Shown here piece by piece: positions 38,783 to 47,857 of a stretch of DNA of 64,000 nt; position 1 is the first letter of the stretch; every line of letters begins with the position of its first letter. The stretch lies in NCBI GenBank assembly GCA_965279375.1, contig OZ257156.1:96001-160000 (forward strand), given 5' to 3'. The position numbers and the translations under genes are program-made. The stretch is from Gemmatimonas sp. GTDB taxonomy: Bacteria; Gemmatimonadota; Gemmatimonadetes; Gemmatimonadales; Gemmatimonadaceae. The notes under the pieces were generated by a model, which was not told the origin of the DNA, did no database searches, and was given only the letters and a program-made list of their open reading frames with translations.

Positions 38783-40984
38783 TCAGGGATGGTCGTAGCC
38801 GATGATGTCTGCCAATCGCGGGAGCTTCGAGAGCGCGTGCGCCGCCAGCTTGCCGGAGATGACCGCCGATTCGATGCACCCGGTATCGAGACCAGTCTGC
38901 GTCCAATCGCCCGCGATCGTGAGGTTGTCAAATGAGCGGTCGAGAGGCGAGAGACGATACTGCGACGTGCCGGGCAGCGATAGGACGTAGCGGTCTGTGG
39001 GATTCACGTTGGCGCGAATGTACTGCGTATCGATCGCGTCCGACGTAACGGCCTCGCTCGAGGCCGCCGCTGGGCCAGGCGACGCCGTGCCCGCTTCGGT
39101 GTCCACCAGCAGTTCCCATCGAAAGCCCCCAACGGCGCGCTGCGACTTGGGCCAGAGCGCGCCGATGTCCCGGTCGAGGAACTGCTGGGCGTTCGCTCGC
39201 ACCACCGCATTCTGACGCGACTGCAACCCGGAGTCAGGTAGCCCACCGGCTTCGTCGGGCAACACGCTGCAGAAGTAGGCCACGGATCGCACGTCGGCGT
39301 GCCCCTCCTCGGGGATGAGGTGCGACATGTCCGCCCACGTGTCGAACGGCTCCACGAAGCCGGAGATGTTCACTCCGGGATGCTGCCAACCCAGTGTTGT
39401 CACATCCTCCGCCACCCAGAGCTGCAACGCCTGTGTCTGCACCGTCTTCACCTGCTCGACCATCGTCTTCCAGCGCGGCGAGCTCGCGATCAACTCGCTG
39501 GCCACATGCGGCAGCGCCGCGATGCTGACGCCCACGACGACATAGTCGAAGTCGTCCACCACCTGGAGCGTGCGCGTCCCATCGCGTCGCGCTTCCCAGT
39601 GGCTTTCGAACGCGCGCCCCTCCGCCTGCAACTTCTTTCCCGACACCAGCTGCGAGTAGTCCGGCGCGACCGGCCAGCACGGGACCTGATTGACCGTCAC
39701 CAGCGGCTGATACTCGCCGCCGCCTTTCACGCGCGCCTGCACGTCGAACTCGAGCCGCTCCACGTACGGCGTCTCACCCCGCTCCGCCGGCGCCAACCCG
39801 ATGTTGGTGAGGCGGTGGAAGAACTCGAACTTGGCCCCGCGCGCCTTGAGCACCTGATAGAGCGGCGAGAAGACGACGTCTCCCATGCCGGCATTCATGC
39901 GCCAGAACAACGAGCCGCGATAGGTGAAGAACATGCGCATCGCGCCACGCAGCGCGACGCCTGCGGCGAGTCGCGGGCGCTCGACGTCGCCATCTTCGTA
40001 GGCGAAGGCGAGATCGTAGATGCCGCGCATGAACCCCGAATCCAGCGACTGCTCCGACGCCCCGTGCTTGCGCAGCCAATCGCGCCAGTCGTGGTCGTTG
40101 ATCGCATCGAAGCCGCGCGGATCGAGCGCGAGGCCGTGCATCGTCGACCCACGAATGATCGCGATGATCAGGTCGGCCACCTGCCACAACCGTCGCACCT
40201 CGGTGTCGCCGCTCGACAGACGCGTCAAATGCGAGCACGTGGCCGTCGAGAGCGCGTCCAGCAGCTGCAACAACATCGTCGCGCCCTCCCGCATACGCCC
40301 GGGCAGCCACGCATCCATCGCCTGTCTCAGCGCATCCGTCGCTTCGAACAGCGCCGTGGCCGTCGCCAACTCGCCGTAGCGAATGACCCGCGAGATGAGA
40401 TCGGCGATCGACTGACTCGTCGAGCCTTCAGCCGCCCCTGCCGGAGTCTCCGCGTTGGAATTCGCGTTGGCGTTGGCATCCGCTGCGTGCGCCGAACGAA
40501 TCAGCTCAGCAACCAGCATCGCGGATTGCCGCAGATACGACGCGACGGTGAGCGGATTGCCCGCGTCCGGTGGATCACCCGGCAGTCCGCGGCCAGGCGG
40601 GAAGTGCGCCATCCACGTCTCCCACGCGCCGTCGCTGCCGGCCACGCGATCCGTCACGGCCACCAGCGGCGCAGGTGAAAACGCCTCGTCAAATCGCGCC
40701 AAGCGGCAGGTGGCCGGATCGGCGTTTCGCTCGGCGTACGCCTGCCGCATCATGCCGAAGGCGTTCTCGTAGAAGCCCATCCACAGGTGCAGGCCGTGCT
40801 CTTCAATGCGACCGCTCGCCGTGCGTCCCGAGGCACCCTTGCCACCCAGCCGCCACCCCTGCTGGTAGATCGTCACCTCGAACCGCCCGCCGTGCTCCGG
40901 TCTCGTGAGTTCGAACGCCGCAGTCATCGACGCGCAGCCGCCGCCGAGGATCGCTACGCGGATCGGTGTCACACGCTCAGTCAT
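38783..40984 (-). CDS. FAD/NAD(P)-binding oxidoreductase, carotenoid desaturase/HpnE/amine oxidase superfamily
   Basis: VAILGGGCASMTAA, LGGKGAS, EEHGLHLWMGFYENAF and C-terminal AGDWT..GCIESAVISG. Start ATG 40984. Confidence 0.85.
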   Translation of the reverse strand: MTERVTPIRVAILGGGCASMTAAFELTRPEHGGRFEVTIYQQGWRLGGKGASGRTASGRIEEHGLHLWMGFYENAFGMMRQAYAERNADPATCRLARFDEAFSPAPLVAVTDRVAGSDGAWETWMAHFPPGRGLPGDPPDAGNPLTVASYLRQSAMLVAELIRSAHAADANANANSNAETPAGAAEGSTSQSIADLISRVIRYGELATATALFEATDALRQAMDAWLPGRMREGATMLLQLLDALSTATCSHLTRLSSGDTEVRRLWQVADLIIAIIRGSTMHGLALDPRGFDAINDHDWRDWLRKHGASEQSLDSGFMRGIYDLAFAYEDGDVERPRLAAGVALRGAMRMFFTYRGSLFWRMNAGMGDVVFSPLYQVLKARGAKFEFFHRLTNIGLAPAERGETPYVERLEFDVQARVKGGGEYQPLVTVNQVPCWPVAPDYSQLVSGKKLQAEGRAFESHWEARRDGTRTLQVVDDFDYVVVGVSIAALPHVASELIASSPRWKTMVEQVKTVQTQALQLWVAEDVTTLGWQHPGVNISGFVEPFDTWADMSHLIPEEGHADVRSVAYFCSVLPDEAGGLPDSGLQSRQNAVVRANAQQFLDRDIGALWPKSQRAVGGFRWELLVDTEAGTASPGPAAASSEAVTSDAIDTQYIRANVNPTDRYVLSLPGTSQYRLSPLDRSFDNLTIAGDWTQTGLDTGCIESAVISGKLAAHALSKLPRLADIIGYDHP

Positions 40985-41213
40985 TCGGGTGCGACGGTAG
41001 TCGCAGACGGCGTCGGCACCCGAGCGAGCAAGGGCGTACCGCACAACAGTGCAGGCACCACGTGAACGCGGTGCCCTGGCAGAGATGAATGCATGCGGCA
41101 ATCTGTGACGGCGGTACCGTATCGTCGAGTGCCAATTGCCGAGCTTGCAGACCGGAGTCGAAACGCCTACGGCTGAGTCTGCCGTATTCCCCAGATCGGT
41201 CGGGCCAAACGCA

Positions 41214-41243
41214 AATCGGGGCGCCATTGCTGGCGCCCCGATT
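41214..41243 (-). terminator. Rho-independent terminator after the PQQ dehydrogenase
   Basis: On the minus strand: AATCGGGGCGCCA-GCAA-TGGCGCCCCGATT (13-bp stem, GNRA loop) followed by TGCGTTT. Confidence 0.75.
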
Positions 41244-41272
41244 GTCTGTGCGATCACGCCGACCCTGCGCTG

Positions 41273-43480
41273 TTACTTCTTCGGCAGCTTGAGCGCGACG
41301 AGGCTGGTGTTCTCTTCCGCGCCCGTCGCGAAGACGATGTACTGCGCGCCGTTGTGCAGGAACGTCATCGGAACGGCGGTCGTCTTGGACGGAATCTTGA
41401 CGGCGCCCGCCTGCTTGCCCGTGGCCTTGTCCACCGCGAAGAGCTGCGGCGGCTGCCCCGGCACGCCACCACCACGGCCCGTGCCATAGATCATCAGCGT
41501 CTTGGTGTTCATCACCTGCGCCTGTCCGCCTGCACCAACATCAGGCAGCGTCACGCCGGCAAAGAGCGGATCGCGACTGGTGCTCTTCACCATGCCGCCG
41601 TTGGAGGTCCACCACGACTTGTCGCCGCTGTTCATGTCGTACGCCGTGATGCCGCCCATGGGCTTGGGCTTCACGATCGACACACCGCCGATGCGAGAGC
41701 CCGCGGCGCGCCCGGAGAAGCCGTCGGCCTGCGCAGGACCACGCGGCTTGCTGTAGCCCGGCGGCGGCGCGGGTGCGCCGAGCAGTCCGCAGCTGTCATG
41801 CGGAGAGCTGTAGCGGAACTCCGAGCAGGGATCCTTCTGCAGCGAGGTCGTGCTCATCGGGCTGATGGAAGCGACGAACATGCGACCCGTTTCCGGATCG
41901 ACGGCAGCGCCACCGTCGATGTTCACGCCACCGCTCGCTCCCGGCGCATACCATGAGCAGCGCTTGCCATACTTGCCGCTACCGTCCGCGAGCGACGGCG
42001 GGATGTAGTAGGGGCCCATGCGGCAATTGTTGGCCAGCTTGAGCGCGGAGTCCTTGATGGCGGGCGTGTAGTCGATCAGATCCGCCTCCACCAAGCCTTG
42101 CTGCGCGTACGGTGCCGGCTTGGATGGAATCGGCTGCGTGGGCGACGTCTCTTCATCGGGCACGTCGCTCTGCAACACGGGCGTTTCCACGATCGGCCAG
42201 ATCGGCTCACCCGTCGCGCGATCGAAGGTGTAGATCCACCCCTGCTTGGTCGTCTGCGCGACGGCCTTGCGGAGCTTTCCGTTAACCGTGATGTCGAGCA
42301 GGTTCGGCCCCATCGGCGCGTCATAGTCCCAGATGTCGTGATGCACCATCTGGAAGTGCCACTTCCGCACACCCGTTTTGGCGTCGAGTGCCACGAGGCT
42401 GTTGCCGAACAAGTTGTCGCCGGGACGATGTCCGCCGTATTCGTCCATCAGCGGCATGCCGACCGGGATGTAGACGAGGCCCAGCTCCGGGTCCGCGGCG
42501 TACGGAGCCCACGCGTCGTTCTTGCCGACGCCCGGCGTGCCCGGCTTGGAGCCCTTCTTCCACGTGTTCGCGCCGAACTCACCGGGCTGCGGCACGAGGT
42601 TAAACTTCCACAGCTGCTTGCCGGTGCGGATGTCGAAGCCGCGAATCGTGCCCGGAATGTTGTGCAGCCGCATCGGGTAATAGCCGTGGATCGACGAGTT
42701 GCCGACCACCAGTACGTTGCCCACCACCATCGGCGGTGAGCTGGCCGCAATCTGGCCGGCCGAGGGGTCGATACCGATCGTGCCGTCGGCACCTGTCTTG
42801 GTGACGGGATTCCACGTTTCGCCGGGCTTCGCTTTGCGCATCGGCGCCGCGTCGGAAATGATCAGCGGACCGGAATCGTCCACGGCCAGCGGCACCATCG
42901 GGTAACCCAGCCCTTCCATCAGGTCCACGACGCCGTTCTTACCAAAGAGCGGATCGGGGCGGCCGGTCTTCGCGTCGAGCGAAGCCAGATGATAGCCCGG
43001 CGTGACGACGAGCACGCGCTCGCTGGTGCCGGAGTTCCAGTACGCGAGCCCACGGCCGGCAAACTGACGCGGTGCCTTCTGCCAACGAATGCCTTCTTCG
43101 AGGCGCCACATCCACAGCGTTTCGCCGTTGGACGGATCGATGGCGGCCGTCACGCGACGCGTGGTCGCCACCGTGAACAGTCGACCGTTCGCATACAGCG
43201 GCGTGGTGCGAAAGTACTCGTCCTTGCCGAACGCGCCCGCATTCCACTGCCAGGCCACCTGCAGCGAGTCGAAGTTCTTCGCGTCGATCTGATCGAGCGG
43301 GGAATAGCGTGTGCCCCACGCATCTGCCGCCCAGTAACGCCACTCACCGAACGCGTTGCCACGCGTCAGCGGCTTCGCCTGCGCCGTCGTTCGCTGGGCC
43401 TGCGTCAACAGCACACCACCGATCGCCGCGCATGCGATCGCGGCGAGCCCCACGGTTCGTCTGGTGCTTCGTTGGCTCAT
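41273..43480 (-). CDS. PQQ-dependent dehydrogenase (quinoprotein glucose dehydrogenase-like)
   Basis: RYSPLDQI, TTPLYANG, WHFQMVHHDIWDYD and GAQYIV motifs; signal peptide. Start ATG 43480, with an ATGA overlap. Confidence 0.9.
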   Translation of the reverse strand: MSQRSTRRTVGLAAIACAAIGGVLLTQAQRTTAQAKPLTRGNAFGEWRYWAADAWGTRYSPLDQIDAKNFDSLQVAWQWNAGAFGKDEYFRTTPLYANGRLFTVATTRRVTAAIDPSNGETLWMWRLEEGIRWQKAPRQFAGRGLAYWNSGTSERVLVVTPGYHLASLDAKTGRPDPLFGKNGVVDLMEGLGYPMVPLAVDDSGPLIISDAAPMRKAKPGETWNPVTKTGADGTIGIDPSAGQIAASSPPMVVGNVLVVGNSSIHGYYPMRLHNIPGTIRGFDIRTGKQLWKFNLVPQPGEFGANTWKKGSKPGTPGVGKNDAWAPYAADPELGLVYIPVGMPLMDEYGGHRPGDNLFGNSLVALDAKTGVRKWHFQMVHHDIWDYDAPMGPNLLDITVNGKLRKAVAQTTKQGWIYTFDRATGEPIWPIVETPVLQSDVPDEETSPTQPIPSKPAPYAQQGLVEADLIDYTPAIKDSALKLANNCRMGPYYIPPSLADGSGKYGKRCSWYAPGASGGVNIDGGAAVDPETGRMFVASISPMSTTSLQKDPCSEFRYSSPHDSCGLLGAPAPPPGYSKPRGPAQADGFSGRAAGSRIGGVSIVKPKPMGGITAYDMNSGDKSWWTSNGGMVKSTSRDPLFAGVTLPDVGAGGQAQVMNTKTLMIYGTGRGGGVPGQPPQLFAVDKATGKQAGAVKIPSKTTAVPMTFLHNGAQYIVFATGAEENTSLVALKLPKK

Positions 43481-45390
43481 CGCTGCTCCACTCCGTTGCG
43501 GGTATTGGTACGGCTCGTGCTGCGGGTATTCACATGGTCCTGCGACCGAACGTGCGGGTTCGCACGCATCGGCGACAACAGTGGTGTTGATGTCCACGAC
43601 AACTGGCTCGACAGCTCGCGCAACAACTCACGCGTCGGCTTGCTCGGCTCGGACAGCGTGGTATCGAAACGAATCGTGCCCAGCACGGCGGGATCGGCAC
43701 TCAGCTCGGTCTTGCCGGCAGGCATGCCATTCAGCTTGAGCACGTACGCCGTCACCATCACGTACTCGTCTTCGCTCAGGCTGCCCGGCGTGGCCTTGGG
43801 CATACGCTGGCTCACAAAGTCGTACAGTTCGGCGAGCGGACGTCCCATCCACTTGAGCGCGAACGCGGGGCCGGTGTGCGACGCCGATGTGTGGCATCCG
43901 GTGCAGGAGCCCACGAACACGTCTTTGCCGCCGGCCGCCTGCTCCACGGTGTACACTCCCGCCATCGTGCTGCGGAGTGCACGCTGCGCGACAGCAGGAC
44001 GCGGCGCGATCGTGCCAAGCAATGCTGCCGCCAACACGATCGACGCCGTTCGCGCCTGCGCTGGTGCCAGCCAGCGTCGCACGCGCCCCGCCACCAGCCA
44101 CCCCACTGCGCCCAGCACCAAAGCGATTGCCGTTCCACGCATCGCGTCGGCGAGAAACAACGCATCGAGCGTCGGCCACGTGAATCGATACTGCCGCAAC
44201 TGTCCGAACCGCTCAGTCATCCAATGCCACGCCTCATGTCCAACCATTGCCGACAACAGGATCGTTCCGACACGCTCGGCGACGATCTTCGAGAACGCAA
44301 ACGACAACACCGGAATCGCCACCGCGAGTGCAGCGAGCTGCCCCAACTCCACACCCACGTTGAACGACGCCAGCGACACGGCCAGATGCGCGCCCGCGAA
44401 CTGCAGCGAATCACGCAGGGCGAACGAGAATCCGAAGCCATGCACCAGGCCGAACGCAAACGCCATCGGCCAGCGCCGCTCGATCTTCGCACCGACGATG
44501 TTCTCGCACGCCATGTACACGATCGAGAGCGCGATCAGCACTTCCACCAGCGGCGGAAACCAGAGCGCGTCGGGCGCATACCCCGCCGCCGATGCGACGA
44601 GCGTGAGGCTGTGCGCGATCGTGAAGGCGGTGACGAGGACCAGCACCGGACGGACTTTCCGGAACGGAATCACGAGGCACAGCAGAAACAGCAGATGATC
44701 GATGCCGTCGAGGATGTGCGTGAAACCCATTCGCATGAAATGCCACGCGGCGTTCCACCACGTGGGGTCGAGCGAGACGCGACCGGGATCGCCATCGAAT
44801 GTGAGCACGCGATCGGTGCCGTCGCTCCGCACCACATGCAGCACGGTGGTGGTCTTTACGCCGAGGTGTGCGAGTGCGGGCTCGATGGCAAAGCGCGCTG
44901 TTGCGCTGGAGATGCGGTACTCGAGGAGCACATCGAGCATCGCCTGCTGCCACGGCAGTTCTGTTGTGGCCGGTAGGGCGGCGCCCATAAGCAGCGCCAG
45001 CGCATCGTCGTAGCGACCGAACGCGCGATCGGACGGAAGTGCGGCGCGCGCCACGACGATGGTGGGATCGCCGAGCCGTGTGTCGTCTTCGTAGAGCGCG
45101 AGACCGTCGGCGATCCAGAGCTTCGCGGCATCGCGCAGCGTTTCGTCGGCGCGCGCGAGGTCGAGATATGGCGCGCGCGTCGCAGCACCGGCGGCGCCTC
45201 GCAGCGGAAATTCCACGTCTCGCATCGCATCGAGCGGCACACGCACCAGCAATCGCAGTCGCTGTCCCTCGGCCTTCACGAATGCGCGCACGACGACGTT
45301 CGACGGAATCTCGTGTGCAAACGAGACCGCCGGGCGCGCGCAAAGGAGCGCGAGGGCACAGACGAGCAAACGAGTGACGAGACCGGTCAC
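43477..45390 (-). CDS. HupE/UreJ-family membrane protein fused to a C-terminal cytochrome c domain
   Basis: AHE after the signal peptide; GFTHILDGIDHLLFL, TAFTIAHSLTL, FGLVHGFGFS and FNVGVELGQ motifs; then CTGCH..RMP. Start GTG 45390 or ATG 45462. Confidence 0.82.
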   Translation of the reverse strand: MTGLVTRLLVCALALLCARPAVSFAHEIPSNVVVRAFVKAEGQRLRLLVRVPLDAMRDVEFPLRGAAGAATRAPYLDLARADETLRDAAKLWIADGLALYEDDTRLGDPTIVVARAALPSDRAFGRYDDALALLMGAALPATTELPWQQAMLDVLLEYRISSATARFAIEPALAHLGVKTTTVLHVVRSDGTDRVLTFDGDPGRVSLDPTWWNAAWHFMRMGFTHILDGIDHLLFLLCLVIPFRKVRPVLVLVTAFTIAHSLTLVASAAGYAPDALWFPPLVEVLIALSIVYMACENIVGAKIERRWPMAFAFGLVHGFGFSFALRDSLQFAGAHLAVSLASFNVGVELGQLAALAVAIPVLSFAFSKIVAERVGTILLSAMVGHEAWHWMTERFGQLRQYRFTWPTLDALFLADAMRGTAIALVLGAVGWLVAGRVRRWLAPAQARTASIVLAAALLGTIAPRPAVAQRALRSTMAGVYTVEQAAGGKDVFVGSCTGCHTSASHTGPAFALKWMGRPLAELYDFVSQRMPKATPGSLSEDEYVMVTAYVLKLNGMPAGKTELSADPAVLGTIRFDTTLSEPSKPTRELLRELSSQLSWTSTPLLSPMRANPHVRSQDHVNTRSTSRTNTRNGVEQR

Positions 45391-45538
45391 GGGAGGAGGC
45401 GGCAGTCTCTGGACAGCGGTGGGGGGCGGGGTTAGTTCAGGGGCGCGTGGCGTCCAGCACATCGCACACCACGGCGCACGAACATATCATCGCCCTCGGC
45501 AAAGCACACGGGGGCTTGTCACGATTCGGGGGTCGCGC

Positions 45539-46720
45539 ATGACGGGCACGCGGAAACGGGTGGGATGGGGCGCACTGGGCGCCATCGTGGTGGCGCTGGC
45601 GGCTGGGCAGTCGTCGCTGCGAGCCGCGGATCGCCAGATCGTCCAGGCGCCGCGCTTCGAGGTCGATCCAGTATGGCCGAAACCGCTCCCGAATCACTGG
45701 ATTCTCGGCTCGGTGATCGGCGTCGGCGTGGACAACCGCGATCACGTCTTCATCATCCATCGCGGTGACTCCACGATCAACCAGCGCACCGAGGGCGGCG
45801 GCGGTGGCGCCAACCCGATGGGTGAATGCTGTGTCGCGGCCCCCCCCGTGGTGGAGTTCGATCCGGCCGGCAATCTCGTCAAGGCGTGGGGCGGCGCCGG
45901 TCAGGGCTACGATTGGCCGTCGTCCAACCACGGCATCTCCATCGACGACAAGGACAACGTCTGGATCGGCGGCAACGGGGTCGGTGACTCGCACATCCTC
46001 AAGTTCACGCACGACGGCACGTTCCTGAAGCAGTACGGCAAGTCCAAGCAGTCGGCCAGCAGCAACGACACGTCGCACTTCGGGCGCGTGGCCAAGATCT
46101 CGTTCGACAACAAGGCGGGCGAGGCCTACGTGGCCGATGGCTACGGCAACAAGCGCGTGGCCGTCATCGACGTGGGCACCGGCGCGATCAAGCGTTACTG
46201 GGGCGCCTACGGCAACAAGCCGGACGACGCCAACCTTGGCCCGTACAACCCCGACGCGCCTCTCGTACAACAGTTCCGCAATCCCGTGCACTGCGCCGAA
46301 CCGTCCAACGACGGCCTCGTGTACGTCTGCGATCGCCCGAACGACCGCATTCAGGTGTTCAAGAAGGACGGCGCGTTCGTGAAGGAAGTGCGCATCGCGC
46401 CCAAGACGCGCGGCGACGGCTCCGTATGGGACATCGCGTTCTCCAAGGATGCGGCGCAGAAGTACATCTTCCTCGCCGATGGACGCAACGAGAAGGTCTA
46501 CGTGATCGAACGGCAGTCGCTCGAGATTCTCACGAGCTTCGGTGACGGTGGCCGTCAGCCCGGACAGTTCTTCGCGGTGCACAGCATCGCCACCGACTCC
46601 AAGGGCAACGTCTACACGACGGAAACGTACGAAGGCAAGCGCATCCAGAAGTTCACGTACAAGGGCATCGGCGCCGTGACGCGCGCCAACCAGGGCGTGG
46701 TCTGGCCGAAGGCCAAGTAG
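45539..46720 (+). CDS. Secreted NHL-repeat protein
   Basis: Signal peptide; FEVDPVWPKPLP, YVADGYGNKR, YVCDRPNDRIQVF and HSIATDSKGNVY motifs. Confidence 0.85.
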   Translation: MTGTRKRVGWGALGAIVVALAAGQSSLRAADRQIVQAPRFEVDPVWPKPLPNHWILGSVIGVGVDNRDHVFIIHRGDSTINQRTEGGGGGANPMGECCVAAPPVVEFDPAGNLVKAWGGAGQGYDWPSSNHGISIDDKDNVWIGGNGVGDSHILKFTHDGTFLKQYGKSKQSASSNDTSHFGRVAKISFDNKAGEAYVADGYGNKRVAVIDVGTGAIKRYWGAYGNKPDDANLGPYNPDAPLVQQFRNPVHCAEPSNDGLVYVCDRPNDRIQVFKKDGAFVKEVRIAPKTRGDGSVWDIAFSKDAAQKYIFLADGRNEKVYVIERQSLEILTSFGDGGRQPGQFFAVHSIATDSKGNVYTTETYEGKRIQKFTYKGIGAVTRANQGVVWPKAK

Positions 46721-46739
46721 TCACTAGTAGCTGCACAAC

Positions 46740-46776
46740 CAAAAGCGCCGCGCAGAGATTCTGCGCGGCGCTTTTG
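46740..46776. terminator. Bidirectional rho-independent terminator
   Basis: CAAAAGCGCCGCGCAGA-GAT-TCTGCGCGGCGCTTTTG, a perfect 17-bp inverted repeat between convergent genes. Confidence 0.9.
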
Positions 46777-46798
46777 CATTCCGATGGCGCGCTCTGAA

Positions 46799-47770
46799 CT
46801 ACTTGCCCGGAATCGCCGCCACGCACTCGATCTCGACCTTGGCGCCGGCCTGCACGAGCGCGGCAACCACCACGGTGGTGCGCGCCGGCGGTGTGGTCGG
46901 GAAGAACTCGCGGTAGGCCGCGTTCATGCCGCCGAAGTCCTTCACGTCGATGAGGAAGACGGTGCACTTGAGCGCCTGGCTCATCGAGCTGCCGGCGGTC
47001 TCGAACACCTGCTTAATCGTGTTGAGCGCCACCTTCGTCTGCCCGCCAACCGTGGTATCCGGATTGGTGCGCGCCACGCCGAGCTGACCGGCGGAGTAGA
47101 CGAGATTGCCCACCTTCACGCCGGCGGAGAGCATCGGGCTGGGGGTGCTCCCCGGAAGCACGACGGCTTCCCGCCCCTGTGCGCGCGCTACGAGTGGGAG
47201 GGCGACGGTGAGCGCCGCAGCCGCGGTAGCGGCGCGAAGCTTGGACGGGACAGAGCGAAACGAAAGCGTACGGGACATCGGGAGCCTCGGAGCGAAGGGG
47301 AGTGAGGTGGAGGCGCTGTGGGAGGCGCTCGATGGCGCGCCAGCCATCGGAATGTCGAGCTTGATGCGGCGCATGAGCGAGTCGATCGGCATCGGCTGTG
47401 CGCCCGCGCGAATTCCGTTGAGCTTCATGATGTACGCGGTCACATCCGAGTACTCGGCCGGCGAGAGCGTGCCCGGCGCGGAGTCGGGCATGGTCGTGCG
47501 CACGAGGTCATACAGGTCATAGACCGTCTGGCCGTTCCACTTGAGGCGGAAATCGGCGTTGGCCATGTCCCGTCGCGTGTGGCACTGCTGGCAGATCTTG
47601 GTGAAGACCTGATCACCGCGCGTCGCCTGCTCGTCGGAGTAGGTGATCGATTCCGCCCCCTGCGCCAGCGCGCGCGGCGGGGTGACGGCGATGGCCAGGG
47701 AGACCGCCGTCAGGGCCCCGGAGGTCAGCGCGCGAAGCGAGCGTTGCACACGTGCAGAAAATCGACGCAT
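46799..47770 (-). CDS. Cytochrome c domain in frame with a signal-peptide-bearing RidA-family protein
   Basis: From ATG 47770: signal peptide, CQQCH..TMP. Internal ATG 47278 with upstream GAGG and a second signal peptide. RidA motifs LVYSAGQLG, FGGMNAAYREFF, PPARTTV and VEIECVA. Confidence 0.78.
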   Translation of the reverse strand: MRRFSARVQRSLRALTSGALTAVSLAIAVTPPRALAQGAESITYSDEQATRGDQVFTKICQQCHTRRDMANADFRLKWNGQTVYDLYDLVRTTMPDSAPGTLSPAEYSDVTAYIMKLNGIRAGAQPMPIDSLMRRIKLDIPMAGAPSSASHSASTSLPFAPRLPMSRTLSFRSVPSKLRAATAAAALTVALPLVARAQGREAVVLPGSTPSPMLSAGVKVGNLVYSAGQLGVARTNPDTTVGGQTKVALNTIKQVFETAGSSMSQALKCTVFLIDVKDFGGMNAAYREFFPTTPPARTTVVVAALVQAGAKVEIECVAAIPGK

Positions 47771-47857
47771 GGCGGCCAACCTGCGCACTCGCGCTGTGGA
47801 TTGCAACTGTGCGTGGGAGGGCGCATCTTCGCCGAAACCCTTCACCCCGCGTCTGCC

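Noticed and set aside
36936..40984. Standard carotenoid or hopanoid cluster
   Set aside because: No crtB/hpnCD, lycopene cyclase or squalene-hopene cyclase in the window.
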